In this document: positions 9,881 to 19,914 of the stretch, one piece after another
Layout of the letters: each line of letters opens with the position of its first letter
Position numbering within the stretch: the stretch's first letter is position 1
Source of the DNA: a virus
Taxonomy: Duplodnaviria > Caudoviricetes
Reading direction: 5' to 3' (one strand)
Virus record (IMG/VR): IMGVR_UViG_3300028888_000049
DNA: 64,000 bases
The notes under the pieces: model-generated
The model's input: the letters and a program-made list of their open reading frames with translations, nothing else
The model's database searches: none
What the model was told of the DNA's origin: nothing
Translations under genes and position numbers: made by a program

Positions 9881-10678
9881 TTATGACCAACCTAAGTGTC
9901 CATGTAAAACAGAATCATTCTTCAGTGAGTCAGTTTCTTCTTTTAACTTTTCTAATCTTCTTTGTAATGCGTCAGTAGAAATCGTAAAATCGGCTTCTAA
10001 CTGTAAAGATTCACGAGCTGTGATAATTGATTCAATAAAGCGGTAAGAAACGAACTTACACAACCAATCAAACTTACTCATATCTACATATTCTGGAGTA
10101 GTAAAACCAAGAGCACTAATAATAGAAATTTGACCTAAACCGAATGGTGAGATCAAATGAATTCTATTCTTAGTGCGATCAATCCAATACTCAGCTTGAC
10201 CAGTACTAAGTTCGTCATAGCTGTTTTGAACTAGTTGTGATGTGATATCGACATTAGTACTAGAACTACCATATACAAATCCAAACATCTGAGTCGACCA
10301 TACCGAAGGATTCTGCAAATTAGAAAACGGAGGTCTCTGAACAGATAAGAGACCTAGCACATAGGCGTTTTCTAATTGCTCCTGCGGTATTGCCGGCTGT
10401 CCTCCAGTTAGTAGGTCTTTAAAGTCTATATACATGCCGTTATCGTCTTTCATTGGAGCTGTACCTGGCCATACTACGTTTTCTCCTGAAGTTGAAGAGT
10501 TGTAGGTAGTGATGTATACAGATTTCATAGGGAAGCATCTGTAGTAGTCTAGAGTACCTAAGGTGATAGCTTGTTCGCGTATATTACGTTCTAAGTTAGA
10601 AATTGTTCCGTTAGGATTACCTAGATCAAGAGAGAGAGCTTGTTCTAGAAGAGGTCTTATTTTAGGAAAGTTTGCCAT
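9881..10678 (-). CDS. Putative neck / head-tail adaptor protein (gp13-like)
   Basis: Size, N-terminal helices (AITLGTLDYYRCFP), DWLCKF..helical C-terminus, structural context. Confidence 0.45.
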   Translation of the reverse strand: MANFPKIRPLLEQALSLDLGNPNGTISNLERNIREQAITLGTLDYYRCFPMKSVYITTYNSSTSGENVVWPGTAPMKDDNGMYIDFKDLLTGGQPAIPQEQLENAYVLGLLSVQRPPFSNLQNPSVWSTQMFGFVYGSSSTNVDITSQLVQNSYDELSTGQAEYWIDRTKNRIHLISPFGLGQISIISALGFTTPEYVDMSKFDWLCKFVSYRFIESIITARESLQLEADFTISTDALQRRLEKLKEETDSLKNDSVLHGHLGWS

Positions 10679-10713
10679 GGATTTATTTCCTTATTTTCTT
10701 GGTTATTTTTTTA

Positions 10714-11163
10714 TTAGTAACCGTATTTGTCTTCTTTATAATCTTCGTAAGTCCAAATTTTTTCAGGATCATCATCCCAGATATTCATATCTTTTGTGAA
10801 TACCTTTACTACTTTTGCTTGTTTATTTGGATTTTGTTGTAAGTATTCATTAGCAATAGCTTGTGCTTCTTCTTCCGTATCCCATAGATTCTTAATTTCT
10901 GGTTCATAGTCTGTTGTTAAATTATTATTAACTTCTAGTGTACGGTTTCCATCTTCTGTATTTAAGTCTATATATTCTTTACCAAACTTTGGAACTATCT
11001 CTACGAATACTGCATACTTTGTTGCTGCTGGTTCTTGTGCATCTAACCAATCTTCGTATGCACCATCTTCTTCATAATCAGGATTTGTAGTTCTCCAATA
11101 ATCGTAAGATCTTGGCAACTCTTCTTTTAATATGCTTTCTACAATTTCTCTTATTTTAGACAT
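10714..11163 (-). CDS. Acidic hypothetical protein, probable internal virion protein
   Basis: IREIVESILKEE N-terminus (prohead-protease-type site); own promoter motif at 11221. Confidence 0.55.
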   Translation of the reverse strand: MSKIREIVESILKEELPRSYDYWRTTNPDYEEDGAYEDWLDAQEPAATKYAVFVEIVPKFGKEYIDLNTEDGNRTLEVNNNLTTDYEPEIKNLWDTEEEAQAIANEYLQQNPNKQAKVVKVFTKDMNIWDDDPEKIWTYEDYKEDKYGY

Positions 11164-11298
11164 GATGATTTAATTCCCTTTATAAATGTTTGTAATGGAT
11201 AATAGCTAATATTTAATATTTAGAACTTAAAAAGTAAAGCAAAATATAATGAGATCAACATATCTACTATAAAATCAATAATATAAAAATTAGATTTA

Positions 11299-11354
11299 TG
11301 AGGCTAGTTTTAAAGTATAGGTTTAAAACAGGATCCGTCGATCTTTTCGCCTCA
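11299..11354 (-). ncRNA. Three-way-junction structured element, copy 1
   Basis: Minus strand reads GAGGC-GAAAA-GAUC(GACG)GAUC-CU-GUUUUAAA(CCUAUAC)UUUAAAAC-UA-GCCUC and starts 6 nt after GTTCTA. Confidence 0.6.
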
Positions 11355-11365
11355 AATAATAGAAC
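11353..11365 (-). promoter_or_regulatory. GTTCTA-N5-TR phage promoter
   Basis: GTTCTA TTATT TG; the G is the first base of the structured element. Confidence 0.65.
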
Positions 11366-11371
11366 TAAAAA

Positions 11372-12865
11372 TTAATTACCAGTAGAATCATTTCCGTAAA
11401 TATTGTAACCAAGCTCTTTATTTGCAAAATATTCATCAGAATCATATTGCATAGATTCTGGAGCAGTTTTATATTCTTCATAAGTTAAGTCAGGATTATT
11501 ATACCATTTTTCAAATTCTATCAAATTAAACCATTCAATTAACTTTAATCCAGCTTCTTTAGCAACTTTCCTTTTTAATGGTTCTAATTCTGTCCAAGTA
11601 TGTAAGACTTTTTCATAATAATTACCTGGTTTAGCTTTAGATTTTAACCATAACAAATCTTTCTGACATCCTGGATCTGTTGGATCATACTTTCTCCTAC
11701 CATGTCGCCAATTTTTGTTATAGTTAAAAGCTGTATCTGAGTCAGGATCGTAGAAATCGATTTGCCAATGTCTATGAGTTTCAGGAGATATAAAACGATC
11801 ATCTGTATATGACATTATAATATTAGGATATTTCTTCTTTAAGAGATCAAAAATATAAAGTTCGTCTGAAGAACTGTTATATCCAGTTTTCTTATCAAAT
11901 ATCTTTTCATCGCCTTCATCTAAAATACTCTCATTAGAAGCCATTTTTTGGTTCGTGGTGAGCTTTTTCGTTTCTTTAGTATAAGTTATAGGCAATTCTG
12001 GATATAGCTCCTTAAACAAGTTTTTACCGCGTTCTAGAACGTCTTGTGGAGTATTTAATGATGCTATATCACTAAGATTTAATGTTTTATCCCAATCTTT
12101 ATTATTTACAAAATCTGAATTTATTATTAGACCTGTTAGATATTTGCTAACATTTTGTAAAGTATGTACTTCATCATCATTTATTAAGTCTAAATCTGTA
12201 TTACCTTTATTTAATCTATCTGTAAAGTTTACTTTATTCTTTTTATTAGGAATAACAACAGTTTCATACTCTGAATGTTTTTTTATTGTATTCTGTGAAA
12301 AAGGAGCATAGTCAAAAGGTTTAGTTATGTTATTTTCTGATATTTTATCACCATCAAATACTAAAATAAAAGGATTATTATCATATATAAAGTTTTTATT
12401 TCTTGTAAATGATATACCTGGTTCTAAGTGAGATTTCAAAGTATTTGTTCTTAAGATATTAGTTAAACCTTTTAATGTAGTAGTGTGATATAAAGGACCT
12501 ACTTGTTTAGCTTCATTCATTAAAGATTCTTTTACATCATCATTAAGTTTTTCTAATATATCCTCTAATTTATCTTGATTTGTTACTTTTACTTGATTGA
12601 ATAGAGAATCATTAGACATCATGATGATAGGTTCTTGTAAGTCTTTTATGATTCTTTGTAATGTATCTAATTGTTGTGGAGTTATATCTTCAATAGCTGG
12701 TAGCATAATAGTTTTAGTAATAGTATCATAGATTATGTTATTGTTATCATAGAGATCTTCATCAACATAATCATCTTCTATTGTTTCTTGACCATTTTGA
12801 CCTATAATAACTAATTCAATACTATTTTCAGCAAGATCAAAAAATTCATCTAACAAAGTAGACAT
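11372..12865 (-). CDS. Multidomain protein: ADP-ribosyltransferase-like domain plus C-terminal divergent Vsr-like nuclease domain
   Basis: LYHTT...ISFTR...EYETVV (H/S/ExE ART-fold pattern). The C-terminus aligns with the window's endonucleases (SSDE..IDFYDP..WRHG..WTELEPLKRKVAKEAGL). Confidence 0.55.
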   Translation of the reverse strand: MSTLLDEFFDLAENSIELVIIGQNGQETIEDDYVDEDLYDNNNIIYDTITKTIMLPAIEDITPQQLDTLQRIIKDLQEPIIMMSNDSLFNQVKVTNQDKLEDILEKLNDDVKESLMNEAKQVGPLYHTTTLKGLTNILRTNTLKSHLEPGISFTRNKNFIYDNNPFILVFDGDKISENNITKPFDYAPFSQNTIKKHSEYETVVIPNKKNKVNFTDRLNKGNTDLDLINDDEVHTLQNVSKYLTGLIINSDFVNNKDWDKTLNLSDIASLNTPQDVLERGKNLFKELYPELPITYTKETKKLTTNQKMASNESILDEGDEKIFDKKTGYNSSSDELYIFDLLKKKYPNIIMSYTDDRFISPETHRHWQIDFYDPDSDTAFNYNKNWRHGRRKYDPTDPGCQKDLLWLKSKAKPGNYYEKVLHTWTELEPLKRKVAKEAGLKLIEWFNLIEFEKWYNNPDLTYEEYKTAPESMQYDSDEYFANKELGYNIYGNDSTGN

Positions 12866-12874
12866 TAATTACTC

Positions 12875-15766
12875 CTAATAACCAAATGTTTGCATAATTC
12901 TACGATATGGATTAGAACCTGTCATTTTAGCTTTTGCGTTATCATAAGAATGCCAAATTTTAAATACACCCTTTCTAGAATCATATCTAACTTGTTGATC
13001 TGGATCATAAAATTTAACAGCATCTACTACAAATCCTGGTAAGTCTAAACCATTTTCTACAGCTCTTTTATAACTTAAAATTAAATTTGTATCTGCAAAT
13101 TGTGGTGTTTGAGCTTGTCTTATAATAACATCTTCTATTGCTTTTTGTGGTATAGCTAACCATTCGCCTCTAGGAGTTGTATCTTTACGACGTAACCAAG
13201 CTTTTGGAGAAGATGCTTGTTCCCAAATATCTGGCATAGTTCCAGCGCCATCTAATGTATCTATATCTTCTGGATTAGCAAAGCGTTGTGAATCTTTTTC
13301 TGCAGTTTGCTGTTGAACTTTATCTAATTCTCCAGTAAATTTTTTCGTATTTCCTTCAGGTGATATAGATGTTAAAAATACTTTATTCATCTTAATTATA
13401 TCATCGATGGGTGCATCTGGTAAACCTGAAATGAAAACATTCTCAACTTCATTTCTATATTGTTGATCTTTATCACCAGCAAATAAACCTGCAAAACCAC
13501 CATTTATTTTTGTAACATTATATGGAAATGTTTGGTGCATATATACTGGATTAATTCCAAGTTGTCTTAATAATTTACCAAGTGCAACAGAATCCTTAGC
13601 ATATGTAATTTGCTTATCTTCTAACAATGTTTTAAAGAAACCTACTTCTTCGTTAGATTCTTTTTTAGTATCAACAGTTCTATTTTTAACATGTATTAAA
13701 GCAGATTTCATATCCATGTCACGATTAAACCACAGATAGAAAATTTCTGCAATTTGATCGGCATCATATCCTTTTAGATCTTCGCTATTATCTTCATACC
13801 ATTGAAAATATATATTCTTCATATTTTCTTCGGCTTGTTCAAAACCTTTTAACATTTTTGGATAATTGTTACCATGCTTTGATTCTACTGCATCTAACCA
13901 AAGTTTATTTAAAGGACTATGCATAATATCATAGAATTCTTTAAATGTCAAATCACGATTATTTTTAGTTTCAATTTTCCAATGATATACTCCAGAATTA
14001 TCTTTCCATGGTGTATATCCTAAATCAGAAGCTATAATACCATCACCTTTCTTATTAACTCTTGCATAAAATACTTGTTTAGAATTACCATGTTCTTCTC
14101 TCCAAGGAATGGTATATAATGCATTTGGATTGATTCCTAATTGTAATAAAGTCTTAATTTTACCAAAATCACCATAATAATCATGCCAAGTTTTATACGC
14201 TTCCTCTACTCTATCATAATCATTATTAGTTCTTTTATCTCTTATTGCTTTTTCTGTAGAAATTTTATGTAATCTATTTTCTATTTCATCTTTTTCTTTA
14301 TCTGAAACATTAGGATCGGCTAATTGTTTCTTTAAATCTGCAATTTCATTCTTTTCATCATCTGCCCATGTATCAGCCCTTTCAATATCAGACGGTAATT
14401 TATAATCATATTGCTTTTGAAGTTCTTCAGGAGTAATATCATATTCTACAGTTTGTTTTTCTTTATCTTTATTTAAAAACTTATCTAATAATTTTTGTTT
14501 ATCAAAATAAGCATTATATTCATCTGTTAGTTTTTCTACGTCTGCATCATTATTTGAATTATATAATTTATCTATTTTGATTTCCATTTTTCTCAAATGA
14601 TTATTCAATAATGAATTTATTTTATCAATATAAGCCACATCCTCTTTAGACGGTTTGCCTTTAATTAATTCCAAAGCTTTATCAAGCTGTTGATCTATAC
14701 TTAAGTCTTTATCTGAAATTTCTATTTCTGGTACATTAGAATTATTAGCATTAGTTAACTGTATCTTTTTGTCAAAAGTTTCTATCTGTTTATCAATATC
14801 TTCTAAATCTTTATTTAACTTCTCAATATTAACACTTTGTTTATCTAAATCATTTTTAAGTTGTCTACGAGTTGCTACTAATTCTGCATAATTTATAAAT
14901 TGTTTATCCTTATCAAAATTGTTTAAAGAATTACTTTGTTGTTTATTAATATTTTCTAAATTTTTATTTAACTTTTTAAAATAAGTATTTTGCTTATCTA
15001 AATCATTTTTAATTTGTTCACGAGTCTTTAATAATTTTTCATAATCCAAAAGTTGTTTAGTATTTTCTATCTGTTTATTAATATCTTCTAAGTCTTTATT
15101 TAACTTTTCAGTATCAGCATCAGGTTTATTTAAATCTTTTTTAATTTGTTCACTAGTCGCTAATAATTTCTTTAATTTTTCATCGTTATCTAACTTATCA
15201 ATATCAGCATCAGATTTATCTGAATCATTTTTAATTTGTGCATTTGTTGTTAACAATTTTTCAGTATCAGCTGGTTGCCTATTTTTATTAAAATCTTTAA
15301 TTTGTTTATTAATATCTTCTAAATCTTTGTTTAATTTTTCAATATCGGCATCTGGTTCATTTAAATCTTTTTTAATTTGTCTACGAGTTGCTAATAATTT
15401 TTCAAACTCCGGATCACGTTCTTCTTGAAATGTAGTAAAGGTTTCATTAAAGACTTTTGCCAATTCTTTACGATATTTTGACATTCCTTCGACTATTTCG
15501 ATTACATCAGAATTTTCATTAAAACTTAATACATTTTTAGATTCAATCATTTTATTTAATTCCTTAACTACATCTGAATTCCAAGTTGTTCCATCACTTC
15601 CAGTATAATTTTGAAATACCCGTAAAGCTAATTCTTCATCACCATTACAATCTTTTACCAAGCCATCAGCAAAACTTTTAGGATCTAATTTAAATAAATC
15701 TTTAGATATTTCATGATTAAGATTATCTCTAGATTTAAAATTATCTTCTTTAATATCTAACTCCAT
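12875..15766 (-). CDS. Large acidic coiled-coil protein with ~35-aa tandem repeats, probable internal head protein
   Basis: 963 aa with five repeats EKLLATRRQIKKDLNEPDADIEKLNKDLEDINKQI and several LxE/IxE sites. Confidence 0.6.
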   Translation of the reverse strand: MELDIKEDNFKSRDNLNHEISKDLFKLDPKSFADGLVKDCNGDEELALRVFQNYTGSDGTTWNSDVVKELNKMIESKNVLSFNENSDVIEIVEGMSKYRKELAKVFNETFTTFQEERDPEFEKLLATRRQIKKDLNEPDADIEKLNKDLEDINKQIKDFNKNRQPADTEKLLTTNAQIKNDSDKSDADIDKLDNDEKLKKLLATSEQIKKDLNKPDADTEKLNKDLEDINKQIENTKQLLDYEKLLKTREQIKNDLDKQNTYFKKLNKNLENINKQQSNSLNNFDKDKQFINYAELVATRRQLKNDLDKQSVNIEKLNKDLEDIDKQIETFDKKIQLTNANNSNVPEIEISDKDLSIDQQLDKALELIKGKPSKEDVAYIDKINSLLNNHLRKMEIKIDKLYNSNNDADVEKLTDEYNAYFDKQKLLDKFLNKDKEKQTVEYDITPEELQKQYDYKLPSDIERADTWADDEKNEIADLKKQLADPNVSDKEKDEIENRLHKISTEKAIRDKRTNNDYDRVEEAYKTWHDYYGDFGKIKTLLQLGINPNALYTIPWREEHGNSKQVFYARVNKKGDGIIASDLGYTPWKDNSGVYHWKIETKNNRDLTFKEFYDIMHSPLNKLWLDAVESKHGNNYPKMLKGFEQAEENMKNIYFQWYEDNSEDLKGYDADQIAEIFYLWFNRDMDMKSALIHVKNRTVDTKKESNEEVGFFKTLLEDKQITYAKDSVALGKLLRQLGINPVYMHQTFPYNVTKINGGFAGLFAGDKDQQYRNEVENVFISGLPDAPIDDIIKMNKVFLTSISPEGNTKKFTGELDKVQQQTAEKDSQRFANPEDIDTLDGAGTMPDIWEQASSPKAWLRRKDTTPRGEWLAIPQKAIEDVIIRQAQTPQFADTNLILSYKRAVENGLDLPGFVVDAVKFYDPDQQVRYDSRKGVFKIWHSYDNAKAKMTGSNPYRRIMQTFGY
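14775..15412 (-). repeat. Five intragenic ~35-aa repeats
   Basis: EKLLATRRQIKKDL / EKLLTTNAQIKNDS / KKLLATSEQIKKDL / EKLLKTREQIKNDL / AELVATRRQLKNDL; boundaries approximate. Confidence 0.8.
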
Positions 15767-18700
15767 TATTCCATGCCTTCTAATGATAGTTCTTTACTTG
15801 ATAATTGATAATAAGCATCCTTTAATCTATCTAAGAACTTATTAGCTCTTAATTTTTTGAAAAGTAAATTTCCAATACCAAATTCACCTTCCGATTTAAG
15901 ACTTTCTCTACGAATTGCACCAAAAGCTTGCCATAAAGCTTCAATAGTACTCAAATCTTGACTTTGAATAGCATCTTCAATAGTTTTTACAATATTTTCA
16001 TAATATGGCAAATTAACATCATTATATTCTTTTTCTTTATATTCTGGTAATTTAATCCATTGATCATCTTTTACTGAATAAATACCAGTTGTAACTAATG
16101 GTTCACTTGTTAATTCTGCACCAACTTCTACAGGAATACCTTTAATCATAATGTTATATTTACTATTAAATACTGTTTTGGCACTTTGTAAATATCTTTT
16201 AAAAATTTCAGCATTAACACCTGCATTTTCTACATCAAAAACTAAATGTAAATCAATGTCTGAATCTTCATTATAGTTATAATTAGCACAACTACCTGTG
16301 AAATAAATATCTTCTGGATCAAACTGAATGTTTAAATTATCCAAAAACTTATAAGCAATTTCTAACATCGCCGCTCTTACATCTTTTTTGAGTTTTTCGT
16401 TTTCAAAAAGATTCGGATTTAATCGACTGTTTGTAATACCTTCTGTAATTTGTCCATATTGATTCAAACCTGCTTCTGCTGATTGTAAATTCAAAAAATC
16501 TGCACCTTTATTTACATAAGATTCTTCAACTTGATTTTCATCATTCATTAAATTTTCAAAAGCTTTAGCAAATAATGTATCATCAATGTCAGCAAGAGTT
16601 TTACCATCTTGTTTTAACAACTTACGAACTTCATTCTTAACTTCATTTTCTTTTTCATTGATTTTAGCATCTATTTCAGGTTTATATTTATTAATCAAAA
16701 ATTCTTTACGATCATTAATATTTTCAGGATTACGAATACCTGCTTGTTCATATTCTTGAATAACTTTATCTTTATTTTCGTCTTTAAACTGATTAGCAAG
16801 TGCTTCTAATTCTTCAGCTGTCTTAGAATTTTGAAACTTCTTTAGATATTGTTGTGTTTGCATATCTAAAGCTTTATTAATAGTTGCTTGAATTTCAGAT
16901 TCAATTTGATTATCTACTTTATTTTCTACTTCACTATTAACTTCATTTTTAATTTCATCACTAATATTTTGAGGTAATGCAATAGAAGCATTAATATCAG
17001 AAACTTCATGATTTTGTATATCTGGATTATAACCTGTCATAAGACTTCTATATTCATCTTGAGATAATGGTTTTCCATCACTAGTAAAGTATTGATAACT
17101 GTTGTTAGAAACACCTTGAGGATTTCTATCTGGATTTTCAACAGTCTTACCTAATTTATTTAATAAACTCTTTTCTAAATCTTTATCTGAATACTTTTTA
17201 TTCAAAATATCAACAAACTGTCCTTCCATATCACCTTCACCACGCATATTTTTAGGATCAACAGTCTTGTTCTTATTATATTCGTATTCTTCAGGATCAC
17301 TTAGCATTTTATGAAGATAAGCTTTTTCTTTAGGTGTAAGAATGTCTTTACGTAACTGATCACTTAAAGCATAAATCTTTTCTTGTCTTTCTTTCTGAAA
17401 TCTTTGATAATCATTAAGACCATCTTCACCAATTAAAGGATCATCAGCTTTATATGGATTTTGTTTTACATTTAATTCATCAATTTTATGCATAATAGCA
17501 TCATTTTTGGCTTTTTGACGTTCTTGATATTTTGAATTGTCTAAATAATTTACATATCTAGTCTCAATATCTTTTTTACGCTTATAATCCATATAATTTA
17601 AATATAAAGTTTCCAATATTTGTAAAAGTTCTTTTCTTTCATCAATTAATTCTTTACCACGAGTATCATAAATATTTTTTAATCTACTATAAAATTCTAA
17701 AGAAGTTTCATCTGGCTCTTTTTTAGTAGCGTTTATATTAGATAACTCGGCATTAATCTCATCTATTCTTTTTGTAGCACTGTTAATACTTTTAAGCATT
17801 TCTGGACTAGCATCTTTCCAGTAATTCATATTTTTATAGTTTTCATTAACAATAGGTACTAATGCTACTAAACTACCTCTCTGAGACTGTAAATTGCGTA
17901 GATTCGTAACAAACTTATTATCTTTCTCTAAAGACGGTTTTTTAGCTAAAGCCGCTTGATATGCTTGAATTGCAGTATTTGTCTTGTCTAACTGAGATCT
18001 AAGATTATTACGTCTTTGTTTTTTATATTTATATTCATCTCTATTTGAAGAAAATAACTTTCTGACAATACTATTAATAACATCATTTTTAGAAGCAATA
18101 AATGTTATATTACCATCTTCGTCTTTTATGTACTTCCTACTTAATTGAACAGGTTTTCCATTATCAGTAACAGTAAAAGAAGCATTATTACCGAATTCAC
18201 CATCTAATTCTTTTAATACTTCAACAGAAAAGTTCTTATTAGAGAAAACATCATTGTTATAATTAGGTGTCTCAATATCATCAAATGTTTTAGTCTCTAC
18301 AACATTACCATCAGCATCTAAACCACGAATTACAACATCATGCTGATCCATATATTGCCAATCACCATCTGGATCATACTGAGCATCCCTCTCTCTTTGA
18401 ACATCATTTCTCTTAGCAACCTTTACAACTCTTTGACCAGGTTTTAAATCTAAATCACGATGTTGTGTTGTAACATAATTATTTTTAGGAGCGTCTTTAC
18501 CTAAAGACATCTTCATAAGATCAGATTTATTTAATTCAGTTAATAAAGATTCTGTAACAGATTCATACTTTTTCATTAGTTTACCTTGTCCAATAGAGTT
18601 AGGATCGCCTTTTAGTCTTTCACGATTTAATTTAGGAATTTCATTTAAGATCTTTACATAGTATTCGCCAAGAATATTGTTATTTTTCCATTTGCTGACT

Positions 18701-18984
18701 GAAGTGCTAAGCATCAAATATGCATCAAAGGAGCTTTTAGCAAACTTTTGAATAAATTCATAAACACCAGTTTCATAACATTTACGCAAAATAAGACCTC
18801 TTTTACGCATTTTTGTATAAAAGTCTTTTTTATCGTAAAATCTTCCTTTAACTACAGAAAATTTATTCTTATCTGGATCAAGAACGATACCAGTATAATT
18901 TTCCATAGTAGCATCTTCAGAACCTGCTTTAGCATATTCATCTAGAGTAATATGTTCTAAATTTTCAAAAATATCGATTGACAT
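15766..18984 (-). CDS. Large protein with C-terminal Pol-beta-family nucleotidyltransferase domain
   Basis: DIYFTGSCANYNYNEDSDIDLHL (GS..DxD) plus IKGIPVEV in the last ~225 aa. Confidence 0.75.
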   Translation of the reverse strand: MSIDIFENLEHITLDEYAKAGSEDATMENYTGIVLDPDKNKFSVVKGRFYDKKDFYTKMRKRGLILRKCYETGVYEFIQKFAKSSFDAYLMLSTSVSKWKNNNILGEYYVKILNEIPKLNRERLKGDPNSIGQGKLMKKYESVTESLLTELNKSDLMKMSLGKDAPKNNYVTTQHRDLDLKPGQRVVKVAKRNDVQRERDAQYDPDGDWQYMDQHDVVIRGLDADGNVVETKTFDDIETPNYNNDVFSNKNFSVEVLKELDGEFGNNASFTVTDNGKPVQLSRKYIKDEDGNITFIASKNDVINSIVRKLFSSNRDEYKYKKQRRNNLRSQLDKTNTAIQAYQAALAKKPSLEKDNKFVTNLRNLQSQRGSLVALVPIVNENYKNMNYWKDASPEMLKSINSATKRIDEINAELSNINATKKEPDETSLEFYSRLKNIYDTRGKELIDERKELLQILETLYLNYMDYKRKKDIETRYVNYLDNSKYQERQKAKNDAIMHKIDELNVKQNPYKADDPLIGEDGLNDYQRFQKERQEKIYALSDQLRKDILTPKEKAYLHKMLSDPEEYEYNKNKTVDPKNMRGEGDMEGQFVDILNKKYSDKDLEKSLLNKLGKTVENPDRNPQGVSNNSYQYFTSDGKPLSQDEYRSLMTGYNPDIQNHEVSDINASIALPQNISDEIKNEVNSEVENKVDNQIESEIQATINKALDMQTQQYLKKFQNSKTAEELEALANQFKDENKDKVIQEYEQAGIRNPENINDRKEFLINKYKPEIDAKINEKENEVKNEVRKLLKQDGKTLADIDDTLFAKAFENLMNDENQVEESYVNKGADFLNLQSAEAGLNQYGQITEGITNSRLNPNLFENEKLKKDVRAAMLEIAYKFLDNLNIQFDPEDIYFTGSCANYNYNEDSDIDLHLVFDVENAGVNAEIFKRYLQSAKTVFNSKYNIMIKGIPVEVGAELTSEPLVTTGIYSVKDDQWIKLPEYKEKEYNDVNLPYYENIVKTIEDAIQSQDLSTIEALWQAFGAIRRESLKSEGEFGIGNLLFKKLRANKFLDRLKDAYYQLSSKELSLEGME

Positions 18985-19011
18985 AAAATAAAAGTCCTAA
19001 ATAAACATTTA

Positions 19012-19914
19012 TTATTTAGAACTCTTTCGTTTCTGTAATTTACTGTTCCACCATCCTTCACCTGGACAATCTTTTTGAAATTTCTGCTCTACTCCATTTG
19101 TCCACCATTTTCTTCCATATGCTGGATTACCAGAACCAGAATGTTTTTCTTTCATTACTTGCTTTTGATGCTCTGTTTGAGGTTTATGTTTAACTTTCTT
19201 TTGTGCTTCAGACATATGTTTTTTCATATCATCTGTGATTACTTTCTTTTTAAAAACTTTATAACCAGGTTCAAATCCTTCAGGCTGTTCAAATCTAAAG
19301 ACATTTTTCACATCATTATGATACCATTTTCTGCCTTTTTGACATCTTCCTTTCTTTTTATTAACTTCTTTAGACCATTTCTTTCCAGTGTTTATTTTCC
19401 TTAAAAGTTCTTTAGTTTCATTTGATCGTTTAGTTCCTTTAGCATATTGATTACCTTTTTGAGCTTCTGATATATGCTTGCAATGTTCTTTTGTCTTTTT
19501 ATATTTTTTAAGAGCATCACTAATAGCTTTTTTATGTTCTTTAGTCTTTTTCAAATTTTTAAGATTATTACCGTTAATATATGAGATATTACCACCTTCT
19601 GTAATATTCCAGCAATAGTCTTTTCCAAGATGTTCATGGATTATTTCATATTCTTTAATATTTAATTCTTCATGAGTTTCACACCAAGCTAATATTTCAC
19701 ATTTTATTAGATCTTTAACTTTATCCTTAATTCTTCTATAAGACTTTGATCCAGTATACTTAAACAACCAAGCTTTTATTTTAGAGCTACTACCTATATA
19801 GTTTGGATCAATGTTCGGATAATTATTATAGATATGCTGTCCCCAATAATATCTTTCACCTTTAGAGGTAATTATTGTGGTTTTGTAGATATAACCTATG
19901 TATTGTTTATTCAT
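19012..19914 (-). CDS. GIY-YIG (Seg-like) homing endonuclease with NUMOD3 repeats
   Basis: GYIYKTT...YYWGQH...YIGSS, CWNITEGG, TKEHKKAIS / TKEHCKHIS repeats. Confidence 0.85.
   Translation of the reverse strand: MNKQYIGYIYKTTIITSKGERYYWGQHIYNNYPNIDPNYIGSSSKIKAWLFKYTGSKSYRRIKDKVKDLIKCEILAWCETHEELNIKEYEIIHEHLGKDYCWNITEGGNISYINGNNLKNLKKTKEHKKAISDALKKYKKTKEHCKHISEAQKGNQYAKGTKRSNETKELLRKINTGKKWSKEVNKKKGRCQKGRKWYHNDVKNVFRFEQPEGFEPGYKVFKKKVITDDMKKHMSEAQKKVKHKPQTEHQKQVMKEKHSGSGNPAYGRKWWTNGVEQKFQKDCPGEGWWNSKLQKRKSSK

Noticed and set aside
11299-11354. Hammerhead ribozyme (three stems plus GAAA)
   Set aside because: No CUGANGA core or UH cleavage site on either strand.
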